Positions 54,162-63,680 of a stretch of 64,000 nt of DNA are shown here, one piece after another. The notes beneath the pieces are model-generated. The model made no database searches. It saw only the letters and a list, made by a program, of their open reading frames with translations, and had not been told where the DNA came from. The number at the start of each line of letters is the position of its first letter. Positions within the stretch are counted from its first letter, which is position 1. Origin of the DNA: Candidatus Cryptobacteroides sp. (lineage in GTDB: Bacteria; Bacteroidota; Bacteroidia; Bacteroidales; UBA932). The translations under genes and the position numbers were made by a program. Location of the stretch: contig JAZLGQ010000003.1 of NCBI GenBank assembly GCA_045616385.1, positions 1,438 to 65,437 of the forward strand. The letters are read 5' to 3'.

Positions 54162-55619
54162 ATGGCTAATAGTAAATTCAATGTTAAGTATTGCGTACTC
54201 CTGCCTATCGTGCTCGCAGTCACAATATTCCTGTGGTGCTGCCCTGCTTCCTTCTTCGGAAGCCTCGGCGATGTACTGACGGTGACACAGCAGCGTACAA
54301 TCGCCATTTTTGCGTTCGCCGCTCTCATGTGGATCTTCGAGATCGTGCCTAACTGGGTTACATCCCTGATGGTCATCGTGATTTCCCTCCTCACGATTTC
54401 CAACAAGAGCATCTCGTTCTTGATGAAGACAGGCGATGCCAGCCAGTTCGTTCCGATGAAGGAGTTGATGAGGTCTTTCGCTGACCCTGTCGTAATGCTC
54501 TTCCTCGGCGGATTCGTACTCGCAATCGTTGCCTCAAAGTATGGAATGGACGTTACAATGGCACGCATGCTTCTCAAGCCTTTCGGTAAGAAGCCTAAGA
54601 CCGTGCTTCTCGGCGTGCTCATCGTCATTTCAATATTCTCGATGTTTATGAGCAACACAGCTACCGCTGCGATGTTTCTCGCATTCCTCGCCCCTGTGTT
54701 CGCATCTCTTCCCGACACTGACGCAAAGGGCAAGGTCGGAATCGCTCTGGCAATCCCTATCGCCGCAAACATCGGTGGTATCGGAACCCCTATCGGAACC
54801 CCTCCTAATGCAACTGCGGTCGGAAACCTCGATTCTCTTGCAGGTATCACCATCGGATTCGGGGACTGGGCTATGCGTATGATCCCTTATGTTGTTGTGA
54901 TGATTCTTTTCGCCTGGGTGCTCCTCTGCGTTATCTATCCGTTCAAGTCAAAGGAGATCGTTCTTGAGATCAAGAAGGATGACCATAAGAAGACTTACAA
55001 GGATTACGTCGCCTGGATAACCTTCGGTATCACCATTATCCTCTGGATGACCGAGCAGCTTCACGGCATCAGCTCCAATATCGTTGCCTTGATTCCTCTC
55101 TGCGTCTATACTGCAACAGGCGTGTTCGGCAAGAACGATATCAAGGAGATCAACTGGGAAGTCCTCTGGTTGGTTGCCGGTGGATTCGCACTCGGATATG
55201 CCCTTGACGGAACAGGTCTCGCAAAGGCTCTCGTAACCTCCATCGACTTCAGTGCAATGAGCATCATCGTCGTATTCATCGTCGCCGGTCTCATCTGCTA
55301 CCTGCTCAGCAACTTCATCAGCAACTCTGCAACCGCCGCCCTCCTCATCCCTATTATGATCGCTATGGGCAAGGGTCTTATGGAATCGTCCAATGCAGAT
55401 GCATTCATGGCCTTCGGCGGACAGGCAGGTCTTTCAGTCTTTGTCGCTGTCTGCGCTTCTGTGGCAATGTGTCTTCCTATCTCCACCCCTCCTAATGCCA
55501 TTGCGGCTTCAACAGGTCTTGTAGAGACAAAGGATATGACCAAGGTCGGCCTGATCGTCGGCATCGTAGGTCTTGTGCTCGGTTTCTTCTGGGTAACCAA
55601 GTTCTTCCCGTTTGCTTAG
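54162..55619 (+). CDS. SLC13/DASS family anion:sodium symporter
   Basis: Two SNT/SNS motifs (MSNTAT, ISNSAT), GTPIGTPPN and PISTPPNA; many TMs. TAAATTTG at 54111-18. Confidence 0.92.
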   Translation: MANSKFNVKYCVLLPIVLAVTIFLWCCPASFFGSLGDVLTVTQQRTIAIFAFAALMWIFEIVPNWVTSLMVIVISLLTISNKSISFLMKTGDASQFVPMKELMRSFADPVVMLFLGGFVLAIVASKYGMDVTMARMLLKPFGKKPKTVLLGVLIVISIFSMFMSNTATAAMFLAFLAPVFASLPDTDAKGKVGIALAIPIAANIGGIGTPIGTPPNATAVGNLDSLAGITIGFGDWAMRMIPYVVVMILFAWVLLCVIYPFKSKEIVLEIKKDDHKKTYKDYVAWITFGITIILWMTEQLHGISSNIVALIPLCVYTATGVFGKNDIKEINWEVLWLVAGGFALGYALDGTGLAKALVTSIDFSAMSIIVVFIVAGLICYLLSNFISNSATAALLIPIMIAMGKGLMESSNADAFMAFGGQAGLSVFVAVCASVAMCLPISTPPNAIAASTGLVETKDMTKVGLIVGIVGLVLGFFWVTKFFPFA

Positions 55620-55635
55620 TCTTTATCAATTGAAG

Positions 55636-56871
55636 ATGAAAAAATATATTGCAACAGCATTGGCACTGGCGCTCAGCGTCAGTGCTTTTGCACAGGAGGC
55701 TACCAAAGCCTCACATTTCAAGTTCTACGGCTTCATCCGCAACTATTTTGCTTTCGATACACGTGAAAGCAGCGCCGGCACAGCCGACCTCTACTATTAC
55801 ATGCCGAAAGACGAGAGTTTCGTCAATGGCGAAGACATCAATGCCACCCCTTCATTCCGCTTCGTGGCACTCACCACCCGCGCTGGCGTCGACGTGACCG
55901 GATATGAAGTTGCAGGCTATAAGGTCGGCGCAAAGATCGAGGCCGATTTCTACGCAGGTCTCAGCGGCAGTACCGGAACCGCACAGTTCCGTCTCCGTCA
56001 GGCATACCTGACACTCGCAAAGGGTGCACGAAATTGGAAAATCGGACAGGCCTGGCATCCTATGGCAGCTGACCTTCCTGACATCTTCAGTCTTGAGAGC
56101 GGTGTTCCTTTCGGCCCGTTCAGCCGTACTCCGATGGTGTCTCTGGACCTCGGTATGGGCAAAGGCTGGAGCTTCAACGCCGCTGCTCTCTGGCAGATGC
56201 AGTACACTTCCACGGGCCCTGACGGCGCAAGCGCAAACTACATCCGCAACAGCTGCATCCCCGAGCTCTATTTCGGGCTTTCCTATAAGGGACAGAAGGG
56301 CGGTGCATTCCGCATCGGCGCCGACTATCTCAACATCAAGCCTTACAAGACCGACGCTCTCGGCGGAGTGGCCTCTTCACGCAGGGGCTCCTGGATATTC
56401 TTCGAATACGGCCAGTTCAAACTCGGCGACTTTACCTTCAAGGAAAAAGTCACCTTCGCCGAGGACGGCTCACATATGAATATGATAGGCGGCTACGGTG
56501 TGTCAAGTCTTGAAAATGGAGGCGAGTTCTCATTCAGTTCCACACGCAACCTTTCAGGATGGGGCACTGTCCAGTATAAGACCAGCAACTCCAACTGGGT
56601 TCCTTCTCTCTTCCTCGGCTATGCCAGAAATTTCGGGACAAAGGATCCTATCGTTGCCGATTTCTGGGGCAAGAACAGCGTTCAGAACATCAAGGATATG
56701 TACAGAATCCAGCCTGAACTTCTCTACAACCTCGGAAAGGTTCAGTTCGGTCTGGAATATATGTTCACCTCGGTACGCTACGGCAAGTCCGGGAAACTCA
56801 AGGTCGCTTCAGACAATCTCCATTGGGTAAGCAATCACCGTATCCAGGTGATGGTCAAGTATACTTTCTAA
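55636..56871 (+). CDS. Outer-membrane beta-barrel porin, DcaP-like (putative)
   Basis: Signal peptide, FYGFIR, IEADF, FRLRQAY, IGQAWHP and C-terminal YTF; 16 nt after the DASS gene. Confidence 0.65.
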   Translation: MKKYIATALALALSVSAFAQEATKASHFKFYGFIRNYFAFDTRESSAGTADLYYYMPKDESFVNGEDINATPSFRFVALTTRAGVDVTGYEVAGYKVGAKIEADFYAGLSGSTGTAQFRLRQAYLTLAKGARNWKIGQAWHPMAADLPDIFSLESGVPFGPFSRTPMVSLDLGMGKGWSFNAAALWQMQYTSTGPDGASANYIRNSCIPELYFGLSYKGQKGGAFRIGADYLNIKPYKTDALGGVASSRRGSWIFFEYGQFKLGDFTFKEKVTFAEDGSHMNMIGGYGVSSLENGGEFSFSSTRNLSGWGTVQYKTSNSNWVPSLFLGYARNFGTKDPIVADFWGKNSVQNIKDMYRIQPELLYNLGKVQFGLEYMFTSVRYGKSGKLKVASDNLHWVSNHRIQVMVKYTF

Positions 56872-56986
56872 AGAAGGAAGCTAAGGTCGTCGCCGGGAGC
56901 GAATTCCCTGTTCATTATTTTAGCGGTGCTTTTTTACAAAATACGTGAATATTGAGTATTTTTGATGGAAAGAAGAAAATACTACA

Positions 56987-59900
56987 ATGAAAATCAAACT
57001 GCTGACACTCCCATTGATTCTGGTCGCCCTGACGGCCGGAGCGCAGGACAAACCTTATCTGCAGGATCTTCCGTATTATGTGGAAAACCTTGAGATGTAC
57101 GGCCAGGGGCAGGAGGAGGGCAGGGCCTTCCATATCCCGTCAAATTCTGTTTCCTTGAACGGAAGCTGGAAATTCCTCTTCTGTGAAAGCCCGTATGATG
57201 TACCGGGGAACTTCTTTGACTCATCATTCAATGACAGGAAGTGGGGAAGCATAGATGTTCCTTCCAACTGGGAGATGCAGGGTTACGGTCAGGCATTGTT
57301 CCGCAATGTGTCATCTCCTTTTGCCACCAATATGCCGCAGTCAGCCATAGACGCTATGAGCAGGGGCAGGCGAATGCCGGGCCAGCCGAGAGCTCCGAGA
57401 ACCCCGGCCCCTTACTCGGTGACTCCTCCGGAAGTACCTATGGATGTCAATCCGACCGGTGCCTACAGGACCACGTTCTCCATACCGTCTTCCTGGAAAG
57501 ACGGGCAGGTATTCCTAAGGTTCGAGAAGGTCGCCTCGGCTTCTTTCGTCTGGGTGAACGGGAAGCAGGTGGGATATAACGAGGGTGCGCAGGAGCCTTC
57601 GGAGTACAACATCACGGAATATGTCAAGTCCGGCAAGAACACGCTTGCGGTACTTGTGCTCAAATACAGCGATGGTTTCTATCTCGAAGGACAGGATTAT
57701 TGGAGACTGGCCGGAATCTTTGACGATGTCACGGTATATTCGAGCCCCGATTCAAGGATATGGGACTATCAGGTCATAACGGACTTCGACGAAACCTTCA
57801 CTGATTCCGAGGTGGCCCTTGCCATTGACTTGAGAGCCTTCAGGTCGCCGAAGAGCGGGTATTCCGTACTCGCCGAGATAAAGAAGGACGGACGTGTCTG
57901 TGCGTCAATGGCGGCTGACGGCATTTCCATCCAGGCAGGTGGTAAGGAAACGGTCCGCCTGCATTCAAAGGTGGCTGTTCCTGCAAAGTGGAGCGCGGAA
58001 AAGCCTGAACTGTATAGTCTTGAGATGACCCTGAAGGATGAGTCCGGCCGCGTGGTTGACACGATGACGAAGAATATGGGCTTCAAGAAGACCGAAATCA
58101 GGGACGGAGTCTTCTATCTCAACGGGCAGGCGATCAAGGTCAATGCACAGTGCTCACATATGCAGCATCCTGTACTCGGACACGCTATGGACGAAGCAAC
58201 GGTGCGCAAGGATATGGAAATCCTGAAGCAATTCGGGTTCAACGCCGTCAGGACATCGCATTACCCTCCGGTGAACGAATATCTTGACCTTGCCGATGTA
58301 TATGGACTGTATATCATCGATGAGACTGGAGATGAAGCACACGCCACGGAATGGGTTTCAAGTCTCCCTGAATATATACCTATGTATCAGGAGCGGGTGC
58401 GTCAGATGGTGCTTCGCGACCGCAATCATCCTTGTGTCCTTTTCTGGAGCGCGGGAAATGAGTCCGGGGAAGGCCCCGACATTGCGGAAGTGGTCAAAGA
58501 AGGCCGGAAATATGATCCGACCAGATTCTGGATGTATGGAGGGAATGCGCCCAAGCACGCCGCAGAGGACATCGTAGGCCCGCGTTATCCTATTCCTTTT
58601 GAGCACGAACTGTCATATGGAATTGACACGCTGGACAAGAGGCCTTCGTTTATGGACGAATATCTTTCAGTGGCCGGAAACGGTGGCGGCGGCCTTGATG
58701 ACTTCTGGCGGGAGATTGATGCCCATCCTTCCCTTCTGGGCGGTGCCTTGTGGGATTTCGTCAGCCCGGGTCTTCTGGAAAGAGTCCGGACGCTTGAAGA
58801 CAAGTCACCATATTCCACGAAGGCGAATATTATGGGACAGGCGAAACTTGTGAAAGGAAGGACCGGAATGGCCGTCGACCTTGGCAAGTCAGACCAATGG
58901 GTGCAGGTCTATAGGGGTCGCAACGTCGAAATCTGTGGTGACAGGCTTACTCTTACGCTTGACATTTTCCCTCGTTCTTACAACAAGAGCGGTGGTTATA
59001 TGATTACAAAGGGCAACAATCAGTTCGGGCTCAGGCAGGCGGGCGCCGACAAGATTGAATTCTATATCGACAACGGTGCCAGGACAATGCTTGTGGCGGA
59101 CCTTCCGTCTGACTGGGAGGGAAAATGGCACAATGTCACGGCTGTATACGACTCGCAGAAGATGTCGGTCTTCATCGATTCCAGGGAGGTGGCCAGCCAG
59201 CCGGCTTCAGGCAACATCCGCAATTATCCTATTTCCGTCTGCATAGGAAGGAATGAGGAGAAGAACGGGCAGGATACGAATGAGTATATTGCCGATGCGC
59301 TTATTGACAATGTTGGGATATTCGCCTGCGCAGTCACTCCTGAAGATGGCTTCGACCCTCAGAAATCCGCGCTTTGGCTTGATTTCGAGAAAGAAATTGA
59401 TGAAGGCACATTCTACTCATACGGCATAGGAGCAAGGACATACGGCAGCATATGGCCTGACAGAATCCCTCAGCCTGAGATGTATCAGATGAAGAAGAGC
59501 GCTCAGCCTCTCAGCTATAGACTCCTTGATTCCCGCAGGGGTGTGATCGAGGTGCGCAACAGACTCAGCTTTACCAATTCATCGGTGTATAATACCTCCT
59601 GGACGATAACTGCAGATGACGAAGTGGTCGAGTCCGGCTCAATGCTTCTTGATGTAAATCCATCTGAGACCAAGTCATTCACAATTCCGTACACAAAGCC
59701 TTCCGTCGTGCCTGGAAAGCAGTACCGGCTCACGGTAAGCACAACCCTCGCCAAGGATGAAATCTGGGCGAAGAAAGGCCACGAAGTAGCTTGGGAGCAG
59801 TTTGAGTTGTCTGACTGGAATCTTCCTGCGCCTGCGCCTGAGAAAGCGGCCGGGACAGTCTCCCTGGAAGAGAATGATGACAGAATCATCATTCGCGGAG

Positions 59901-60823
59901 AGGGCTTCTGCTACTCATTCGACGCATATTCCGGCAGCCTCTGCGAGATGCAGGCCGGCGGCCGCGCCCTGCTTTCAGAACCTCTGAAGCTCAATGTCTG
60001 GAGAGCGCCTGTCGCCAATGAGATAGACGGATGGAATGCATATTCATCCCGTGCGGCTATGCTGAACAACAAACCGGGTTACGGCTCTATCGGCCACAGC
60101 AATACACTTGCCGCGATGTATTTTTCAGCGGGACTTGACCAGGTAGGTTTCGTCCCCGTATCGGTCAATGCGAGAGTCGTCGACGGGTCTGCTTATGTCG
60201 ATGTCAGGGAGCTGGCGATATTCGGAGTGCCTACGGAGCAGCAGCTTGATGCCTATATCGTAGGTAGGGCAAGTACCGGTATCGAGAGCCTGTATTCCTA
60301 TAGGATTGACCCTGACGGTGTAGTGAATGTCAGCCATCTGATCAATCCTCAGGGCGAGATGCCGGCCTGGCTCCCGAGAATAGGCGTATGCCTGGCGCTT
60401 GACAAGTCGCTTGAGAATGTGGAGTGGTATGGAAGGGGGCCGCAGGCTTCTTATCCTGACAGGAAGTCGGGCTATCGTATCGGCATTTACAAGTCAACGG
60501 TTGATGAAATGTACGAGCCGTATCTGATACCTCAGGATTATGGTTTGAGGACTGACAACCGTTGGGTCCGTTTTACCGATGCCGGCGGCAATGGACTTGA
60601 GTTCAGTGTCAACGAACCTTTCTCATTCAATGCCTACCCTTTTTCGACCGAGAATCTGACGAACAGCGTTTATCAGTACCAGCTTTTGAATAGCGGAAGC
60701 ATCACCCTTAATATTGATTACGCGACCAGCGGTGTCGGCTGTACCGCGCGGGGCATCTTCGATGCCTACAGGGCATATCCGACGGGATACCTGAGGACGA
60801 TAACGATAAAACCGGTGAAATAA
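56987..60823 (+). CDS. GH2 beta-galactosidase (LacZ-like) with inserted LamG-like domain
   Basis: LNGSWKF, VPSNWEMQGYG, FNAVRTSHYP, WSAGNES (acid/base), FMDEY (nucleophile) and small-chain WYGRGP; signal peptide. Confidence 0.92.
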   Translation: MKIKLLTLPLILVALTAGAQDKPYLQDLPYYVENLEMYGQGQEEGRAFHIPSNSVSLNGSWKFLFCESPYDVPGNFFDSSFNDRKWGSIDVPSNWEMQGYGQALFRNVSSPFATNMPQSAIDAMSRGRRMPGQPRAPRTPAPYSVTPPEVPMDVNPTGAYRTTFSIPSSWKDGQVFLRFEKVASASFVWVNGKQVGYNEGAQEPSEYNITEYVKSGKNTLAVLVLKYSDGFYLEGQDYWRLAGIFDDVTVYSSPDSRIWDYQVITDFDETFTDSEVALAIDLRAFRSPKSGYSVLAEIKKDGRVCASMAADGISIQAGGKETVRLHSKVAVPAKWSAEKPELYSLEMTLKDESGRVVDTMTKNMGFKKTEIRDGVFYLNGQAIKVNAQCSHMQHPVLGHAMDEATVRKDMEILKQFGFNAVRTSHYPPVNEYLDLADVYGLYIIDETGDEAHATEWVSSLPEYIPMYQERVRQMVLRDRNHPCVLFWSAGNESGEGPDIAEVVKEGRKYDPTRFWMYGGNAPKHAAEDIVGPRYPIPFEHELSYGIDTLDKRPSFMDEYLSVAGNGGGGLDDFWREIDAHPSLLGGALWDFVSPGLLERVRTLEDKSPYSTKANIMGQAKLVKGRTGMAVDLGKSDQWVQVYRGRNVEICGDRLTLTLDIFPRSYNKSGGYMITKGNNQFGLRQAGADKIEFYIDNGARTMLVADLPSDWEGKWHNVTAVYDSQKMSVFIDSREVASQPASGNIRNYPISVCIGRNEEKNGQDTNEYIADALIDNVGIFACAVTPEDGFDPQKSALWLDFEKEIDEGTFYSYGIGARTYGSIWPDRIPQPEMYQMKKSAQPLSYRLLDSRRGVIEVRNRLSFTNSSVYNTSWTITADDEVVESGSMLLDVNPSETKSFTIPYTKPSVVPGKQYRLTVSTTLAKDEIWAKKGHEVAWEQFELSDWNLPAPAPEKAAGTVSLEENDDRIIIRGEGFCYSFDAYSGSLCEMQAGGRALLSEPLKLNVWRAPVANEIDGWNAYSSRAAMLNNKPGYGSIGHSNTLAAMYFSAGLDQVGFVPVSVNARVVDGSAYVDVRELAIFGVPTEQQLDAYIVGRASTGIESLYSYRIDPDGVVNVSHLINPQGEMPAWLPRIGVCLALDKSLENVEWYGRGPQASYPDRKSGYRIGIYKSTVDEMYEPYLIPQDYGLRTDNRWVRFTDAGGNGLEFSVNEPFSFNAYPFSTENLTNSVYQYQLLNSGSITLNIDYATSGVGCTARGIFDAYRAYPTGYLRTITIKPVK

Positions 60824-60830
60824 GTCATTT

Positions 60831-60906
60831 TGGTCGAGAAGACGTGACTCGAACACGCGACCCCTACGTCCCGAACGTAGTGCGCTACCAACTGCGCTAC
60901 TTCTCG
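60831..60906 (-). tRNA. tRNA-Pro (CGG)
   Basis: CGAGAAG/CTTCTCG acceptor, anticodon arm CTACG-TTCGGGA-CGTAG, TTCGA T loop and ACCA end. Confidence 0.96.
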
Positions 60907-60932
60907 AAAAAAAATCCGCCAACGGCGGATTT
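60907..60932 (-). terminator. Terminator-like hairpin after rpsT, abutting tRNA-Pro
   Basis: Minus strand aaatccgcc-gtt-ggcggattt, with the T-run (8 T in total) ending at the first tRNA base. Confidence 0.7.
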
Positions 60933-60939
60933 CTGTGTC

Positions 60940-61194
60940 TTAGGCAAGTTTATTGATGTAAACCTGGATTCCGCTCTTGAGATTGGAAGCTTTGTTCTTG
61001 TGGATAAGACCAATCTTTGCAAGTTTGTCGATCATCGCGAATACCTGAGGAGCATTTTTCTCTGCTGTAGCCTTGTCGGTAGTGTTGCGGATGTCGCGGA
61101 TAGCATTTCTTGTAGTCTTCGCATAATATTTATTATGCAGTCTGTGCCTTTCGTTCTGGCGATCGGCCTTCTTTGCTGAAGCTGTGTTTGCCAT
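60940..61194 (-). CDS. rpsT: 30S ribosomal protein S20
   Basis: MANTASAKKA...RLHNKYYAKTTRNAI...IHKNKASNLKS. Confidence 0.96.
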   Translation of the reverse strand: MANTASAKKADRQNERHRLHNKYYAKTTRNAIRDIRNTTDKATAEKNAPQVFAMIDKLAKIGLIHKNKASNLKSGIQVYINKLA

Positions 61195-61219
61195 TGTATT
61201 TTTATTTTTAATATTTTAG

Positions 61220-61291
61220 TAGTGGGTAGGAGAATCGAACTCCTATTGCAAGAATGAAAATCTTGAGTACTAGCCGTTATACGAACCCACC
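61220..61291 (-). tRNA. tRNA-Glu (TTC)
   Basis: Acceptor GGTGGGT/ACCCACT, anticodon arm CAAGA-TTTTCAT-TCTTG and T arm AGGAG-TTCGATT-CTCCT; CCA not encoded. TATCTTTG -7 element at 61338-61331. Confidence 0.92.
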
Positions 61292-61385
61292 AAACTCGAC
61301 CCCGATAGCACAAAGTGCCAAAAGGGAGTGCAAAGATATAAAGAATTATCTGAAAAACAAGTTATTTTTTAGTCATATTTTACTC

Positions 61386-62366
61386 CTAGTCTTCTGACCA
61401 TACCCAAGAGTAAATGATGGACTCTACCTGTCGCAGGTATTGGCGCTTGTCATATCTCGGAGCATACACAAAAGCATCAAGCACGATGATTTCACTGCCA
61501 TCCCTGCTGTAGAATGAATGAGATACGAACGGCCCTCCCATAAAGTCGTTCTCCACCTCCCAGTAACCCCTTGTCTGGGCAAGGTCCCGGCCGCGGTACT
61601 TGAGGTATTCAACGCTTGGCTCGAAGAACTTGCTGGTGGTCATATAGGTATTCTCGAACATTCCCGGAACGTTTGCCATAAACGTTTCGTTACGGTGTCT
61701 GATTATGTTTTCCTTAGAGAAAGGGTCTTCCTCACCGGCCGGATACTTGTACATCAGCACGCCCTGGGTGGAGAACTGCTTCTCATCGGCAATCCAGGCG
61801 AAGTTTGGAGTGAGCTTCTTGAGGGTGTAGCCGCTAGGAAAGTATGGCGAACCTCCGAAAACATCGGATACCTGCTTCCTGATCTGGAATTCCTCATATC
61901 TGATGGAGTTGCGGATAACCCTGTCACGCTCGGCATGCTCGAACGAGCCGGCAATCATCTGCCCGCTTTTTGCGAGCTGTGCGGATGCGGCTTCAAGGGT
62001 CGGGGCCGTAATCTGGATCACGCACTGAGGCGCAGCCCATACATCGTGCTTGTAGATGACGCCTGTCGTATCGGCCTGGGCGTCAACGTTGAAGATTATG
62101 ATGTTGCGGTGAACCCTGAAGAGATCGATAAATTTTGAGGGCACTATATTGACCAGTGAGTAGAGAGGCTCGTTAGGCGTGAGGAACGGGCATTCGCTGG
62201 CAAGGAGGTCGCGGACTTCACCGCCGAGGTTGCCCTCCCAGTCAGGCTTCTCCATAACAACAAGGATTTCGCCGGCTTTGCCGCTGACGCTCGGGAGGAG
62301 AGCCTTTTGGTTCTTGCAGCCAAAAAGGCAAAGGGTGGTGGCAAGAAGAATGAGAACCTTTTTCAT
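61386..62366 (-). CDS. DUF4837 family lipoprotein
   Basis: Lipobox FGC, DVWAAPQ, RGYWEVENDFMGGPFVSH and FVYAP..DKR. Confidence 0.8.
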   Translation of the reverse strand: MKKVLILLATTLCLFGCKNQKALLPSVSGKAGEILVVMEKPDWEGNLGGEVRDLLASECPFLTPNEPLYSLVNIVPSKFIDLFRVHRNIIIFNVDAQADTTGVIYKHDVWAAPQCVIQITAPTLEAASAQLAKSGQMIAGSFEHAERDRVIRNSIRYEEFQIRKQVSDVFGGSPYFPSGYTLKKLTPNFAWIADEKQFSTQGVLMYKYPAGEEDPFSKENIIRHRNETFMANVPGMFENTYMTTSKFFEPSVEYLKYRGRDLAQTRGYWEVENDFMGGPFVSHSFYSRDGSEIIVLDAFVYAPRYDKRQYLRQVESIIYSWVWSED

Positions 62367-62378
62367 AATCGTATGGTA

Positions 62379-63680
62379 TTAATGAATCAATCGTCCTATG
62401 TCGTTGCCGAAGGCCAGGATCATAAGGCCGATCAGCAGGATCATACCTATCAGCTGGGCAATCACGAGGAATTTTTCACCCGGCTTGCGTCCGGTTATCA
62501 TTTCGAACAGGGTGAATACGATGTGCCCGCCGTCAAGTCCCGGTATGGGGATGAGGTTCATCACTCCCAGCATTATTGACAGCAGTGCTATGATGTTGAT
62601 GAACTTGAACCAGTCCCAGATGGATGGGAAGACCTGTCCTATGGCGATGAAACTTCCGACCGACTTGTAAGCGCCGGTGGAAGGCGTTGCCAGCAGACGG
62701 AGGTCCTGGAGATAGCCCCTGATAGTGTCTCCGGTAAGTTTAATGCCCGCCGGAATTGCACTGAGAACCGTATATTCCTGTTTCTTGATGTTCGGCATCA
62801 CCATATAGACACCGATGCGACCGGCGGTGTCCACTACGACAGGCACGGCAAGGGTGTCGGCACCGCGTACGACTTCTGCGTCTATACTGGCGCCGCGCAG
62901 ACCCTCAAGAACTTCTCGCGCGTCCTGGAGAAACTCGACGTCCTTACCTCCGAAAGCCACGACGCGGTCGCCGTGGAGAAGCCCTGATGCGGCATTGGGG
63001 CCTTCTGCCGCGACGGAGTCGATCACGAAAGGAAGCGCGATGTCGAATAGAAGAGGTGCGTTGAGCACTTCGCTGATCATTGACTGATCAATATATATGT
63101 CAAGGGTGTCGCTGCCACGGAGAACGGTCGCCTTGTGAACGTTGCGGCGTGCGATGTCGGCCTGGAGCGCGGCAAAATTGTCGGGGACGTAGTCATCAAG
63201 GGCGAGGATTTCATCCCCTGTGCGGAACCCCATTTCGTACGCAAGGTCGCCGACAAAAACCTTTGTTCCCTGATTGGCTATATACGACTGGCCCCATCCC
63301 GCCATTATGCCTATATAGCAGATGATGGCAAAGATGAAATTGTTCAGTACGCCTCCGGCGGTGACGAACAGCCTCTGCCAGGCAGGGTGGCTGCGGTATT
63401 CCCACGGCTGCGGATCGCTTCTCATCTGCTCGAGGTCCATCGATTCATCGACCATCCCGGAGATCTTGCAATATCCGCCGAGCGGCAGCCAGCCTATTCC
63501 GAATTCTGTCCCGCCCCATTTCCATCGGGCCAGTCTCTTGCCTCCGATGTCGAAGAACAGGTAGAACTTATCCACCCGTATATGGAAGATCTTTGCCCAC
63601 ATAAAATGCCCCAGCTCGTGTATGAAAATGAGCAGGGAGAGGGCCAGGATGACCTGGAGTGCTTTAATCAATGTATCCAT
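62379..63680 (-). CDS. rseP: RIP metalloprotease RseP
   Basis: HELGH, WLPLGGYCKI, PDZ domains and NLIPIPGLDGGH. Confidence 0.95.
   Translation of the reverse strand: MDTLIKALQVILALSLLIFIHELGHFMWAKIFHIRVDKFYLFFDIGGKRLARWKWGGTEFGIGWLPLGGYCKISGMVDESMDLEQMRSDPQPWEYRSHPAWQRLFVTAGGVLNNFIFAIICYIGIMAGWGQSYIANQGTKVFVGDLAYEMGFRTGDEILALDDYVPDNFAALQADIARRNVHKATVLRGSDTLDIYIDQSMISEVLNAPLLFDIALPFVIDSVAAEGPNAASGLLHGDRVVAFGGKDVEFLQDAREVLEGLRGASIDAEVVRGADTLAVPVVVDTAGRIGVYMVMPNIKKQEYTVLSAIPAGIKLTGDTIRGYLQDLRLLATPSTGAYKSVGSFIAIGQVFPSIWDWFKFINIIALLSIMLGVMNLIPIPGLDGGHIVFTLFEMITGRKPGEKFLVIAQLIGMILLIGLMILAFGNDIGRLIH

Noticed and set aside
56872-56986. Possible att site or structured RNA upstream of GH2
   Set aside because: No duplication of the tRNA-Pro 3' end beyond ~5 nt and only weak hairpins; just a TATTTTTG -7 element at 56957-64.
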